DNA of 64,000 bases from Candidatus Woesebacteria bacterium (GTDB lineage Bacteria; Patescibacteriota; Microgenomatia; UBA8517), in contig CP065002.1 of NCBI GenBank assembly GCA_016700095.1, forward strand, positions 496,463 through 560,462, given 5' to 3'. Both the position numbers and the translations under genes were made by a program. Position 1 is the stretch's first letter, and each line of letters starts with the position of its first letter. Below the pieces are notes generated by a model. That model had not been told where the DNA came from. It worked only from the letters and a program-made list of their open reading frames with translations, and ran no database searches. Below are positions 1 through 9,522 of the stretch, piece after piece.

Positions 1-289
1 ACCAAATATTGACGGTGAGATTATTAGGATTTCGGTTCCTCCGCTAACAACCGAAGACAGAGAAAAACTAGTCAAAATCCTTTCGGGGAAGTTAGAAAGT
101 GGAAAAATTATGATACGTCAGGTTCGTGGAGACGTTATGAAGGATATCAAAAAAGAATTTGAAGAAAAGACAATTACCGAAGATGAAAAGTTCATGGGAG
201 AAAAGAGATTGCAAATGTTGGTTGACGAATTTGTCAAGAAAATTGAAGAAGCAGGAGAACAAAAAAAGAAAGAGTTGCTTCAGATATAA
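1..289 (+). CDS. frr: ribosome recycling factor, C-terminal part (5' end outside window)
   Basis: Frame-2 translation ...GEIIRISVPPLTTEDREKLVKILSGKLESGKIMIRQVRGDVMKDIKK... matches the Frr C-terminal domain; stop TAA at 287-289. Confidence 0.85.
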   Translation, partial: PNIDGEIIRISVPPLTTEDREKLVKILSGKLESGKIMIRQVRGDVMKDIKKEFEEKTITEDEKFMGEKRLQMLVDEFVKKIEEAGEQKKKELLQI

Positions 290-313
290 TAGTTAACGAA
301 TATATTTATATAT

Positions 314-931
314 ATGACAGAAGATGTTAACAATCCAGCCGAACCATACTTAATTAGACATAAAGTAGAAGAACAGCGGTCTGGAGTAAGAATTATTCGA
401 CAGGCAAGTGAAAAGGATTTAATAATGTTTTCGCATTTGATGGGCAATAAGTCGTTAGATTTTGCAAGAGATAATCTAAGACCTGAAAGCATTTTATACT
501 ATTCATTTAAAGGGGCAGATAAGCATCTTGCAATTGTGAAAGATGGAAAAGTACTTCAAATCCACCTATGTACCAAGAATGAACAAGGTAATAAAAATAT
601 ATTTACAAAAAAACATAATCAAGGTAGTAACTCCCCCCACCAATTCAAATCAATAGAAATGTCTTTTTGCTCAATAGAGTCGTTCGATCGGATAAAAATT
701 GGGAGATTTGAAGAGGGTGACAAAATATTTAAAGAGGTTTCGGATACTTTGCAACCTGGAACAATAAGCTTTTTAAGATTTGCTAGTAAATTCCTTACCC
801 TAATTGATCCTGATACTCAGGTCTTTTTACAACCAACCACTAAGCAGAGATATCGAATATACCAGAAATTTGTAGATAATAATAATTTGAGAAATGTACG
901 CTTATATTATCCAGAAGACAGCGAAGAATAG
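314..931 (+). CDS. hypothetical protein (205 aa, soluble, no recognisable motif)
   Basis: Long ORF in a coding-like frame between frr and rseP; I recognise no family. Confidence 0.45.
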   Translation: MTEDVNNPAEPYLIRHKVEEQRSGVRIIRQASEKDLIMFSHLMGNKSLDFARDNLRPESILYYSFKGADKHLAIVKDGKVLQIHLCTKNEQGNKNIFTKKHNQGSNSPHQFKSIEMSFCSIESFDRIKIGRFEEGDKIFKEVSDTLQPGTISFLRFASKFLTLIDPDTQVFLQPTTKQRYRIYQKFVDNNNLRNVRLYYPEDSEE

Positions 932-933
932 AA

Positions 934-2079
934 GTGTTACTTGCTACAATAAAGCCATTTTCGTATACTCTAGTTTGCACAATGGTATCATTATTTACTT
1001 TTATTTTAGTTCTCTCGGTTCTTATCCTTGTTCATGAATTTGGTCACTTTTGGACGGCAAAAAGACTAGGCATCTGGGTCGAAGAATTTGGATTTGGATT
1101 ACCTCCAAGAATTTTTGGTAAAAAATACAAGGATACAATCTACAGTATCAATCTACTTCCTTTTGGTGGATTTGTCAGACTTCATGGTGAAAACGAAGAG
1201 GGAAGTATTAAATATCCACAAAAAGCATTTCTCAATAAATCTAAAAAAGTCAGATCGGCTGTTATTACTGCAGGAGTTTTCATGAACATGATGTTGGCAA
1301 TTGTTTGTTTTTCTATTGTCTATTCAGTTTCCGGTATACCGAGGGAATCAGAGAACGTTCGAATTGTGGAAATTGCCGAAAATTCTCCCGCAAGTATGTC
1401 CGGTTTGATGGTTGGTGATATTGTGAGTGAAATTAATGGCGAAGCCATCACGAGTTCCGATTCCTTTCTCGTAAAAATGCAGGAGAATCCAAACATGGAA
1501 AGTTTACTTCGTATTAGTCGCGGGAAAGAAGAAAAAGAGTTCAAAGTAACGCCAAGAAAAGATTATCCCGAAGGTCAAGGACCTTTGGGTGTTACAATTT
1601 CAACCACCGAAATATATTTTCCCTCAATTTGGCAAAGACCGTTTTATGGTGTTTATTATGGTTTTCAAGAAAGCATTTATTGGATACTCGCAGTTGTTGC
1701 GGGATTCTCAACTCTTTTTTCGACACTACTTGGCGGATCAGTTCCTCAAGACATTGCCGGTCCTGTCGGAATTTATGCAATTACCACTCAGGCGGCGTCC
1801 TTTGGTGTAGTAGCTCTCATTAATTTCGTAGGTGTTTTGTCTGTAAATCTTGCAGTGTTAAATATATTCCCATTTCCCGCGCTTGATGGCGGAAGATTTT
1901 TGTTTATTATTATAGAAGCGATTTCGGGTCGTCGAGTAACACCAAAGATTGAAGGTTATATTCACATGGCTGGAATGGCTCTTCTTCTCACCCTTCTTGT
2001 TGTAATAACATTCGGCGATATTCGAAGATTAATTGATGCAGGTAGTGTTACCGGATTCATAGAATCATTTGCCCCGTAA
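934..2079 (+). CDS. rseP: site-2 protease, M50 family zinc metalloprotease with PDZ domain
   Basis: HEFGH zinc motif immediately after the N-terminal TM helix, a central PDZ-like segment (MSGLMVGDIVSEINGEAI) and C-terminal TM helices; conserved frr-neighbourhood. GTG at 934 or ATG at 982 are possible starts. Confidence 0.85.
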   Translation: MLLATIKPFSYTLVCTMVSLFTFILVLSVLILVHEFGHFWTAKRLGIWVEEFGFGLPPRIFGKKYKDTIYSINLLPFGGFVRLHGENEEGSIKYPQKAFLNKSKKVRSAVITAGVFMNMMLAIVCFSIVYSVSGIPRESENVRIVEIAENSPASMSGLMVGDIVSEINGEAITSSDSFLVKMQENPNMESLLRISRGKEEKEFKVTPRKDYPEGQGPLGVTISTTEIYFPSIWQRPFYGVYYGFQESIYWILAVVAGFSTLFSTLLGGSVPQDIAGPVGIYAITTQAASFGVVALINFVGVLSVNLAVLNIFPFPALDGGRFLFIIIEAISGRRVTPKIEGYIHMAGMALLLTLLVVITFGDIRRLIDAGSVTGFIESFAP

Positions 2080-2228
2080 TAAGCACCTTGTGTTACAATT
2101 GACGTTATACAAATTCACATTAACAGATATCTTGGTTTTATGATGGTATAGATAACCAAATATTTTTGCGTATTTCGCCAAGAGGGAATTTGTAGTAATT
2201 TGAGCTTGGGTTGATATAATAACTACAC

Positions 2229-3482
2229 ATGAAACAATCTCAACTATTTCCCAAAACACAAAAACAAGCACCACGAGATGCGGAAAGTGTTAACCACAAG
2301 TTGTTGGTAAGAGCGGGCTTCATTGACCAATTAATGGCGGGAAGTTGGAGTTTGTTGCCGCTTGGATGGCGCGTTGTAAATAAAATAAACGACATTATCC
2401 GTGAAGAACTAAATAGCATTTCCTGTCAGGAGGTACTAATGCCCTTAATGCATCCTAAAACGATATGGAATGAAACGGGGAGATGGGATTCGGCGAAGGA
2501 GGTCATGTATCAGTTCAAGGATTCACGCGGAAAAGAATTTGCGCTTTCTTTCACACACGAAGAAATATTTTTGGATCTGGTTCGGAAATTTGTAAATAGT
2601 TATCAAGATTTGCCATTGGCGCTTTATCACTTTTCTACAAAATTTAGAAATGAACCCAGAGCAAGAAGTGGAATATTAAGGGGAAGAGAATTCATGATGA
2701 AGGATTTATACAGTATCCACAAAAACGAAAAGGATTTTGGTGAGTTTTACGAAAAAGTTAAAATAGCATATTCAAAGATATTTGACCGTATTGGATTCGA
2801 TGTCAAAATTACCGAAGCGGGTGGAGGGGTTTTTACCAAAAACATTACTCATGAATTTCAGGTTCCCGTTGGTAGCGGTGAAGATGTTATTTATTATTGC
2901 GAGAAATGTAACTGGGCGGTAAATAAAGAGGTGTTTGATCCCCAAGAAGTTGAAAACGCGCTTGCAGCAGAATGTAAAAGTGTTTGTCCGAAATGTGGTT
3001 CGAAGGTTATCGAAACGAAGTCGATAGAGGTCGGCAATATCTTTCCGTTTGGTACGTATTATAGTGAGAAAATGCAATTAGTTTATACCGACGAAAACGA
3101 CAAGAAAAAGTTTCCCTATTTCGGTAGTTACGGTATTGGGTCAACGCGTGTTATGGGTGCTTGGGTAGAGACGAGTTATGACGACAAGGGAATTATATGG
3201 TCAGACGCGATAGCTCCTTTTAAAGTTCACCTAATCGAGCTTCCGGGAGCAAAGAATGGTCTATCGATTTATAATAGTTTATCCGAGCGCGGAATTGAAG
3301 TTTTGTGGGATGACAGAGATATCGCCGCAGGGAAGAAATTCTCTGATTCAGATTTAATAGGGATTCCCCACAGGATTGTGGTTTCTCAAAAAACACAAGA
3401 AAAGCTGGAGTATAAAAGTAGAAAAAGCGACACAACAAAAATTGTAAGTCTAGATGACCTAATAGACATACTTACATCATAA
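2229..3482 (+). CDS. proS: prolyl-tRNA synthetase, minimal bacterial type without the INS editing domain; C4 zinc ribbon at the INS position
   Basis: N-terminus QLFPKTQKQAPRDAESVNHKLLVRAGFIDQL... is ProRS-like. Class II motif 2 (FRNEPRARSGILRGREFMMKD) and motif 3 (GSYGIGSTRVMGA) are present, with a C-terminal anticodon-binding domain. CEKC...CPKCGS lies between motifs 2 and 3. Confidence 0.85.
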   Translation: MKQSQLFPKTQKQAPRDAESVNHKLLVRAGFIDQLMAGSWSLLPLGWRVVNKINDIIREELNSISCQEVLMPLMHPKTIWNETGRWDSAKEVMYQFKDSRGKEFALSFTHEEIFLDLVRKFVNSYQDLPLALYHFSTKFRNEPRARSGILRGREFMMKDLYSIHKNEKDFGEFYEKVKIAYSKIFDRIGFDVKITEAGGGVFTKNITHEFQVPVGSGEDVIYYCEKCNWAVNKEVFDPQEVENALAAECKSVCPKCGSKVIETKSIEVGNIFPFGTYYSEKMQLVYTDENDKKKFPYFGSYGIGSTRVMGAWVETSYDDKGIIWSDAIAPFKVHLIELPGAKNGLSIYNSLSERGIEVLWDDRDIAAGKKFSDSDLIGIPHRIVVSQKTQEKLEYKSRKSDTTKIVSLDDLIDILTS

Positions 3483-3544
3483 TAACATGCTACATGCTTC
3501 AGGACTATGTTTTTTGGCAATACACAAAAAGTTTAGTTAATTAA

Positions 3545-4543
3545 ATGAACAAAAAGAGAATTGTGGTAATCGGTGGTGGCACGGGTACTTATACGGTTCT
3601 ATCGGGATTAAAAAAATTCCCCGTACATTTAACCGCAATTGTATCAATGATGGATAGTGGGGGAAGCAATCGGGTGTTGCGTGATGAATTTGGGCTGTTG
3701 CCGACTTCCGATATAAGGCAATGTATGGCTGCGCTTGCCGACGAAAAGCACGCAGACAGCGAAGATCTAAGAAAACTTTTTACCTACAGATATGAAAACG
3801 GAACAGGAATTTCCGGCATGACTTTTGGTAATTTATTTATGGCTGCCTTGACCGATGTCTACGGGACGCAGGAGAAAGCAATTGAAAAAACTTGTGAGCT
3901 TCTTCATGTTGTGGGCGAAATTATTCCGGTTACCTACGACAATTCACATTTGATTGCTCGTTACGATAATGGTAAACAAGTGTTGGGGGAACACTACGTG
4001 GATGAACCAGATAAAGAAACAGGTAAACACAAAATTGTGGAGTTGGGACTTATTCCGAAAGCATGTGCAACCAAAAAGGCGATTCAATCAATTAAACAAG
4101 CTGATTTGATTGTTTTGGGTCCGGGTGATTTGTATACCAGTATTATTTGTAATTTAGTAGTCGATGGAATCGTCAAAGCGATTGCGAAATCAAAAGCAAA
4201 GAAGGTATACGTCGTCAATCTCATGACAAAATTTGGTCAAACAAACAACTTCACAGGTTCGATGCATGTTCATGAGATTAATAAATATTTAGGAGGAGAA
4301 TTTATTAATTATTGTCTGATTCATAACAAAGAAAAAATACCACAACGACTTCTTAGGCGATATAAAGAAGAAAATTCTATTCCGGTAGTTGATGATTTAG
4401 TTACGACAAAGAAAACAAAAATTATAAGGAAGAATATTATGTCGTCTGAGATATTTATCAAACCAAAATCCGATATTGTAAAAAGAAGTTTGGTACGTCA
4501 CGATCCTAACAAGTTAGCTAAAGCGATTGTTTCACTTGTGTAG
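3545..4543 (+). CDS. YvcK/CofD-like (UPF0052) gluconeogenesis factor family protein
   Basis: N-terminal RIVVIGGGTGTYTVLSGL ... SMMDSGGSNRVLRDEFGLLPTSDIRQCMAAL is the signature of the YvcK/2-phospho-L-lactate transferase-like family. Confidence 0.8.
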   Translation: MNKKRIVVIGGGTGTYTVLSGLKKFPVHLTAIVSMMDSGGSNRVLRDEFGLLPTSDIRQCMAALADEKHADSEDLRKLFTYRYENGTGISGMTFGNLFMAALTDVYGTQEKAIEKTCELLHVVGEIIPVTYDNSHLIARYDNGKQVLGEHYVDEPDKETGKHKIVELGLIPKACATKKAIQSIKQADLIVLGPGDLYTSIICNLVVDGIVKAIAKSKAKKVYVVNLMTKFGQTNNFTGSMHVHEINKYLGGEFINYCLIHNKEKIPQRLLRRYKEENSIPVVDDLVTTKKTKIIRKNIMSSEIFIKPKSDIVKRSLVRHDPNKLAKAIVSLV

Positions 4544-4569
4544 ATATTGGATTAAACTGTAAGTGTTAT

Positions 4570-4905
4570 ATGACGAATTGTGTGTTTTGTAAAATAGTTG
4601 AAGGAAAACTACCGGCGAAAGTGAGGGAGGAAACAAAAAATGTCATTGCTTTTGATAGCATAGATCCCATTGCCACAACCCATATTATAATTATCCCCAA
4701 AGAGCATATCGTATCCTTTATCGACATACAAAAATCACACCACGAAACGATTATAGACATGATGGAAGTAATTAATAAATTAATACAAGCTCGAGATATT
4801 TCGGCTGGTTACAAAATTATAGTTAATGGTGGAAAGTATCAAGTTGTGAAACATTTGCATTGGCACCTTGTTGGAGGTAAACTTGGAGAATTAAACGCAT
4901 TATGA
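4570..4905 (+). CDS. HIT family (histidine triad) nucleotide hydrolase
   Basis: C-terminal HLHWHLVGG histidine triad; 111 aa; TGA stop overlaps the next ATG (ATGA). Confidence 0.85.
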   Translation: MTNCVFCKIVEGKLPAKVREETKNVIAFDSIDPIATTHIIIIPKEHIVSFIDIQKSHHETIIDMMEVINKLIQARDISAGYKIIVNGGKYQVVKHLHWHLVGGKLGELNAL

Positions 4906-5354
4906 TAAGTAGCGATATTCAAAAACAACTTATAGAGGCGATGAAGGCACATGACGCAGTGCGTGTCTCGACACTTCGCATGTTGAACTCCGAATTGAAA
5001 AATGCTCGGATTGACAAAAAGGAAGATTTGTCTGAGGAAGATGAATTGAAAGTTGTAAAAAAAGAAGCCAAAAAAAGAAAGGATGCGATTGAAGGTTTTG
5101 AATCTGGTGGAAACAAAATTGCCGCCGATAAAGAAAGAGAAGAACTAAAAATTCTTGAGACATATTTACCGACGGAAATGTCAGATGAAGACGTTATTAA
5201 AATTGTCGATCAAGTAATTCTCGAAGTTGGAGCAAAATCAATAACCGATATGGGGAAAGTAATGCAAGCCGCGGTAGCAAAAGTGGAAGGACGAGCAGAC
5301 GGCAAAAGAGTATTGGACTTTGTCAAGCTAAAACTTAGCCAAGGCAATTTATGA
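4902..5354 (+). CDS. yqeY: GatB/YqeY domain protein
   Basis: Typical YqeY N-terminus (IQKQLIEAMKAHDAVRVSTLRMLNSELKN) and length of about 150 aa. Confidence 0.8.
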   Translation: MISSDIQKQLIEAMKAHDAVRVSTLRMLNSELKNARIDKKEDLSEEDELKVVKKEAKKRKDAIEGFESGGNKIAADKEREELKILETYLPTEMSDEDVIKIVDQVILEVGAKSITDMGKVMQAAVAKVEGRADGKRVLDFVKLKLSQGNL

Positions 5355-5740
5355 TAAAAATTTACGTAATTAAGCAATCAAACTACGGTGTTAGTACTCC
5401 GAAGGTAAAAAAAGCACTCGCAAAATTTTTAAAAAGTAGGGGTATTGTGTCGGATACGGAAGTTGATGTTGCCATCGTTGGTGAAAATAAAATGTTAGGA
5501 TTGGCTGAAGATTATTTGGGAGAAAAGGATGTCCTCCATAACGTTTTAACTTTTCCTGCAAGTGAAACAAAAACGGAATTTATTAGTCCACCGGATGGGG
5601 TGATACGCTTGGGACAAATTGTTGTCTGTTATCCAAAAGCCAAAGAGGAAGCCAACAGTGAGGGAGTCATGATCGATGATAAAGTTATTGAGCTGGTAAA
5701 TCACGGAGCACTTCATCTTCTTGGTATTCATCATTCATAA
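5351..5740 (+). CDS. ybeY: rRNA maturation endoribonuclease YbeY
   Basis: C-terminal H-x3-H-x5-H zinc motif HGALHLLGIHH; small protein following yqeY, as in many bacteria. Confidence 0.75.
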   Translation: MIKIYVIKQSNYGVSTPKVKKALAKFLKSRGIVSDTEVDVAIVGENKMLGLAEDYLGEKDVLHNVLTFPASETKTEFISPPDGVIRLGQIVVCYPKAKEEANSEGVMIDDKVIELVNHGALHLLGIHHS

Positions 5741-6009
5741 GTAAATTATTTGATACTTTTTGATATCTTTCATAGTTTTCACAGTTGTGCTAATTTTAGA
5801 CAACAAAGGAAATATTTCGAAAAAAACTTTTTTAGTGTTTATTTTTTTTAACGATCAAGTGCTAAACACTCTAATGTGTTTACTTGTGAGTAGTTTGTAC
5901 TAATTCCAAAATACGCACACTTTACTTACGGTTACCAAGTGGTTCAAACTTACTAAACACAAGATCAAAAAGTGTTGATCGTCGAACCGAGGATGATTTA
6001 TCTTACAAT

Positions 6010-7653
6010 ATGGCTTATTACTTAAAATACCGTCCACAAACAATAGATGATTTAGACCTAGAATCGGTACGCGAAGATCTAACAAGGGTTGTTAAATCGG
6101 GATCCATACCGCATGCACTGCTGTTTGCAGGACCAAAGGGTACGGGAAAAACTTCTGCCGCAAGGATTTTAGCCAAAATAGTAAATTGCGAAAAAAGAAA
6201 GAAAGATAGCACGCTTCCGTGTAATCAATGCGAACAGTGTAGAAGTATAACCAACTCGGCAAATATTGATGTGATTGAAATGGATGCCGCAAGTAACAGG
6301 GGAATCGATGATATACGTTTATTGAAAGACGCGGTAAAGCTGGCACCCGCACTTGCCAAGTCAAAGATTTATATTATCGACGAAGCGCATATGTTGACCA
6401 ATGAAGCAAGTAATGCACTGCTTAAAACATTGGAAGAACCGCCGAGCCACGTTATCTTTATTTTGGCGACAACAAATCCGGAAAAACTCATAAGTACAAT
6501 TCGTTCGCGTACTCACTTAATTAAATTTGGTAAAGCTTCTCTTAATGAGATTGTAGTATCACTTGAGAAAATTGCGAAGGGAGAAAATCTTAAAGTCGAC
6601 GACGGCGTATTATATGAAATAGCGCGATTGTCGGAAGGTTCGTTTCGGGATGCAGATAAATTATTGGAACAAACAGCCTATGGCAAGAAACATATCTCGC
6701 TTGCAGACATTGGAGATTTGCATGTTTCGGACATGTTTGATGTAGCTAACTTTTGCCTGTTATTAGCCACAAAAGATACCAAAAAGGCGTTGGGTATGGT
6801 TGACGAAGGTTTGCGTCAAGGCATGTCGGCAATTAGTATTGCCGATAAGATTATTGTGTATTTGAGAAAAGAGTTACTGGGAAAAATTGGTATAGGCGAA
6901 AGTACTAATTTAGATCTTGGAAAGAAAGAAATAATTACGTTAATAAAAATGTGTATACATGCTAAAAAAGATATGGCAATATCTTTCAACGAGCAAATTC
7001 CTCTTGAAGTGTTAATTGTCGAGTGGTGTGAAACTAATGATAACTCTGACAAAGAAGGTGAAGATAATGACACTGCCGGTAAAACTTCCTCTCAACCCGA
7101 TATTAAGGTAAGTAAGATAAACGCACAAGTTGATACGGTTAACAGTGAAGCTGATCCAATCACAATAAGTAAGACGGTGGTTCAGGTAAATAGTAATAAT
7201 GCAAGCGAGGAGAAAAATGGATGTGTGGATGGAGATGGACATGAAGTGGCAAATTCGATTACGCATGAGCTTTGGTCTACAATTCTTTCCGAAATACGGC
7301 CGATAAATGCGTCAACCGAAGCACTTTTAAGAGCATCGCGGCCGCTAAATTTTGATGGAAAAACTTTAAATCTCGGGGTTTACTATACATTTCACAAAGA
7401 GCATTTGGAAAGCATTAATCATCGAATGCTTTTGGAAAATGCCTGTGCAAAAGTTTTAGGTGGTCAGGTGCACGTGGTGTGTTCCTTGACGGAAGCGCCG
7501 GTGACTGAGATCGCCAATGTCTCGCAAATACCATCTGCGAATGCGTCAAATAATTCATTTTCAAACGGTAGTAAAACCAATTTAACTGGTACTTTGACCA
7601 ATAGCGATGAAACGGATATAATAAATATTGCCAAAGATATATTTGGCGATTAG
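6010..7653 (+). CDS. dnaX: DNA polymerase III subunit gamma/tau
   Basis: Walker A GPKGTGKTSAARILAK, zinc module CNQCEQCRSI and clamp-loader sensor motifs; followed by ybaB-recR as in the conserved dnaX-ybaB-recR cluster. Confidence 0.95.
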   Translation: MAYYLKYRPQTIDDLDLESVREDLTRVVKSGSIPHALLFAGPKGTGKTSAARILAKIVNCEKRKKDSTLPCNQCEQCRSITNSANIDVIEMDAASNRGIDDIRLLKDAVKLAPALAKSKIYIIDEAHMLTNEASNALLKTLEEPPSHVIFILATTNPEKLISTIRSRTHLIKFGKASLNEIVVSLEKIAKGENLKVDDGVLYEIARLSEGSFRDADKLLEQTAYGKKHISLADIGDLHVSDMFDVANFCLLLATKDTKKALGMVDEGLRQGMSAISIADKIIVYLRKELLGKIGIGESTNLDLGKKEIITLIKMCIHAKKDMAISFNEQIPLEVLIVEWCETNDNSDKEGEDNDTAGKTSSQPDIKVSKINAQVDTVNSEADPITISKTVVQVNSNNASEEKNGCVDGDGHEVANSITHELWSTILSEIRPINASTEALLRASRPLNFDGKTLNLGVYYTFHKEHLESINHRMLLENACAKVLGGQVHVVCSLTEAPVTEIANVSQIPSANASNNSFSNGSKTNLTGTLTNSDETDIINIAKDIFGD

Positions 7654-7662
7654 AATAACACT

Positions 7663-7944
7663 ATGGCATTTGATAAATTTAAACAACTCGGCGAATTAAA
7701 CAAAATGCGCCAAGAAGCAAAAAAACTTCAAAAGGAACTCGAGAAAGAGGAAGTTACATATGAGAAAGGTGCAATAAAAATTAAAGTTAACGGTGCACAA
7801 CAAATTGTGTACTTTCAATTAGACGACAGTGATCGTGATGATATCAAGGAAGCAATCAATGAAGCAATGAAGGAAGTACAAAAAAAGGCGGCGCGAAAGA
7901 TGATGGAGATGGGCGGTGGACTTTCGGGACTTTTTGGTAAATAA
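7663..7944 (+). CDS. ybaB: nucleoid-associated protein YbaB/EbfC
   Basis: 93 aa, MAFDKFKQLGELNKMRQEAKKLQKELEKEEV...; position between dnaX and recR. Confidence 0.9.
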   Translation: MAFDKFKQLGELNKMRQEAKKLQKELEKEEVTYEKGAIKIKVNGAQQIVYFQLDDSDRDDIKEAINEAMKEVQKKAARKMMEMGGGLSGLFGK

Positions 7945-7955
7945 ATAACTTCAAC

Positions 7956-8192
7956 TTATCCGTTAATACCGAGTATATAAGATAAAAATAAGTGGAAAAA
8001 TATATCACCAACCAATACGAGTAAGATGATTATTAATTGTCTCTTGTTAAATTTATAGTCACTATTTTTTTTGAATTTGTTAAAGAATAATTCAATAAAC
8101 CGAAAAAGTAAGAGGAAGAAAATTGCAAGAAATATAACTACACTTATCCCAAGGTAAATTATTAAACTCTCGTAGTCTAGTAACACGCCCAT
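7956..8192 (-). CDS. small hypothetical membrane protein (two predicted TM helices)
   Basis: 78-aa ORF with two hydrophobic helices in the dnaX/recR gap; could be spurious. Confidence 0.3.
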   Translation of the reverse strand: MGVLLDYESLIIYLGISVVIFLAIFFLLLFRFIELFFNKFKKNSDYKFNKRQLIIILLVLVGDIFFHLFLSYILGING

Positions 8193-8338
8193 TAAATTAT
8201 TATAGCAGCAACGAGGTGTTGCGAAAGTAATTATTACCCTAATAATGGATAAAATGCTTCGAAAGGAATATTAAACGAAGTAATTAAATCTTAATATATA
8301 TAATTAATAGTTAACAATAATTTTGTTATAATTACCAC

Positions 8339-8947
8339 ATGATGAAAGTTCCCAAACCTATTTCTAATCTAATTGAAAGTTTTCAAAAATTACCCGGTAT
8401 TGGTCCAAAATCTGCCCAGAGACTGACTTACTATTTACTTCATGTACCTCAAAGCCAGCTTGAAGAATTTGGTCAAGCACTTACCAATCTCAAAAAGGAT
8501 ACCGTGCTTTGCTCACTATGCAAAAATGTTGCCGAGACGGATCCTTGTCCTATTTGCTTAGACCACGGACGTGAGGGAGATACTATTCTCGTGGTTGAAC
8601 AACCGCTTGATATTTTGGCTTTTGAAAGGACGGGTAAATACAATGGTTTGTATCACGTTTTACATGGAGCGATTAGTCCGCTAGATAACATTGGACCCGA
8701 CGAGCTTTTTGTTAACGAACTGTTTGATCGATTATCGAATGGTCATGCTATTATTGAAGTTATCGTAGCTACGAATCCAACCATGGAAGGTGATGCAACG
8801 GCAATGTATCTGAGCAAAAAGATTAAAGAAATGTCTCCGAAGACAAAAATATCGCGTTTGGGAATGGGAATACCGACGGGTGCGGATTTGGAGTATGCTG
8901 ACGAGACAACGTTGTCAGAAGCCATACGAGGTAGAAGGATTTTATGA
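8339..8947 (+). CDS. recR: recombination protein RecR
   Basis: Helix-hairpin-helix LPGIGPKSAQRLTYYLL, C4 zinc finger CSLCKNVAETDPCPICLD and Toprim region; TGA stop overlaps the next start. Confidence 0.95.
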   Translation: MMKVPKPISNLIESFQKLPGIGPKSAQRLTYYLLHVPQSQLEEFGQALTNLKKDTVLCSLCKNVAETDPCPICLDHGREGDTILVVEQPLDILAFERTGKYNGLYHVLHGAISPLDNIGPDELFVNELFDRLSNGHAIIEVIVATNPTMEGDATAMYLSKKIKEMSPKTKISRLGMGIPTGADLEYADETTLSEAIRGRRIL

Positions 8948-9378
8948 AAAATAATTCTAAAAAGTACGCGAAAGCTATCGCTCATGAAATTAAACACGAA
9001 GTGTTGGGGGAACCTAAGCCGAAAGTTGTTCCTCCCAAAAGAAGCGCTATGGATGTCATTCTCGGTAAGTATCCAAAGACATTCGAACCCGAAGATCAAC
9101 CCTCGCCGATTGTTGAAGCAATGCTTCAAACAAAAAAATCAGAAGAAGAAAAGGCTAAAAAAACCGTAGTTGATACGGTCGATATAGACATGCAAAAACT
9201 TAGGCAAAATCGCATTAAGGCTGAAAACCAATGGATAAAAAATCAAACCGGATTAATGCAAGAACCACAAAATGAAAATAAAAAGGAAGCTGTGCTCCCG
9301 TCTAGTCCGAAAAAAGGAGCTATCGGTGTTGGTGGACAAAAGCCGAGAGGAATGGAGCAAATGCGAAAGAAAAATTAA
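8944..9378 (+). CDS. hypothetical Lys-rich protein
   Basis: 144-aa ORF translationally coupled to recR through an ATGA overlap; no recognisable domain. Confidence 0.5.
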   Translation: MKNNSKKYAKAIAHEIKHEVLGEPKPKVVPPKRSAMDVILGKYPKTFEPEDQPSPIVEAMLQTKKSEEEKAKKTVVDTVDIDMQKLRQNRIKAENQWIKNQTGLMQEPQNENKKEAVLPSSPKKGAIGVGGQKPRGMEQMRKKN

Positions 9379-9486
9379 GATTGCAATTGAGATGATTTAT
9401 TTGTATCATGTCTTTATGAAAATTAGAATTATAAGTTGTTGTCAAAATAAGCCGCGTTGATTACGTCGTATATAACGTGGCTTACA

Positions 9487-9513
9487 TTCCCGCAATCAGC
9501 GGGAATTTTTGTT
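9487..9513 (+). terminator. rho-independent terminator (ttcccgc-aatca-gcgggaa + T-run)
   Basis: 7-bp GC-containing stem, 5-nt loop, followed by TTTTTGTTT, downstream of the 8944..9378 ORF. Confidence 0.6.
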
Positions 9514-9522
9514 TAAGGACCT

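Noticed and set aside
1088-1810. Short ORFs from the six-frame track lying inside or antisense to rseP. Similar embedded or antisense ORFs of about 60-130 aa occur throughout, for example 10277..10657, 21651..22292 and 41358..41762
   Set aside because: They overlap long, motif-supported genes in other frames and have low-complexity or odd composition, so I treat them as spurious.
5741-6009. Expected an ffs (4.5S/SRP RNA) gene in the 270-nt gap upstream of dnaX, as in the common ffs-dnaX-ybaB-recR arrangement
   Set aside because: Neither strand contains the conserved domain IV motif (GUCAGG...GGAAGCAG). Only generic short hairpins are present (for example taaacac/gtgttta), so I cannot support an SRP RNA call.
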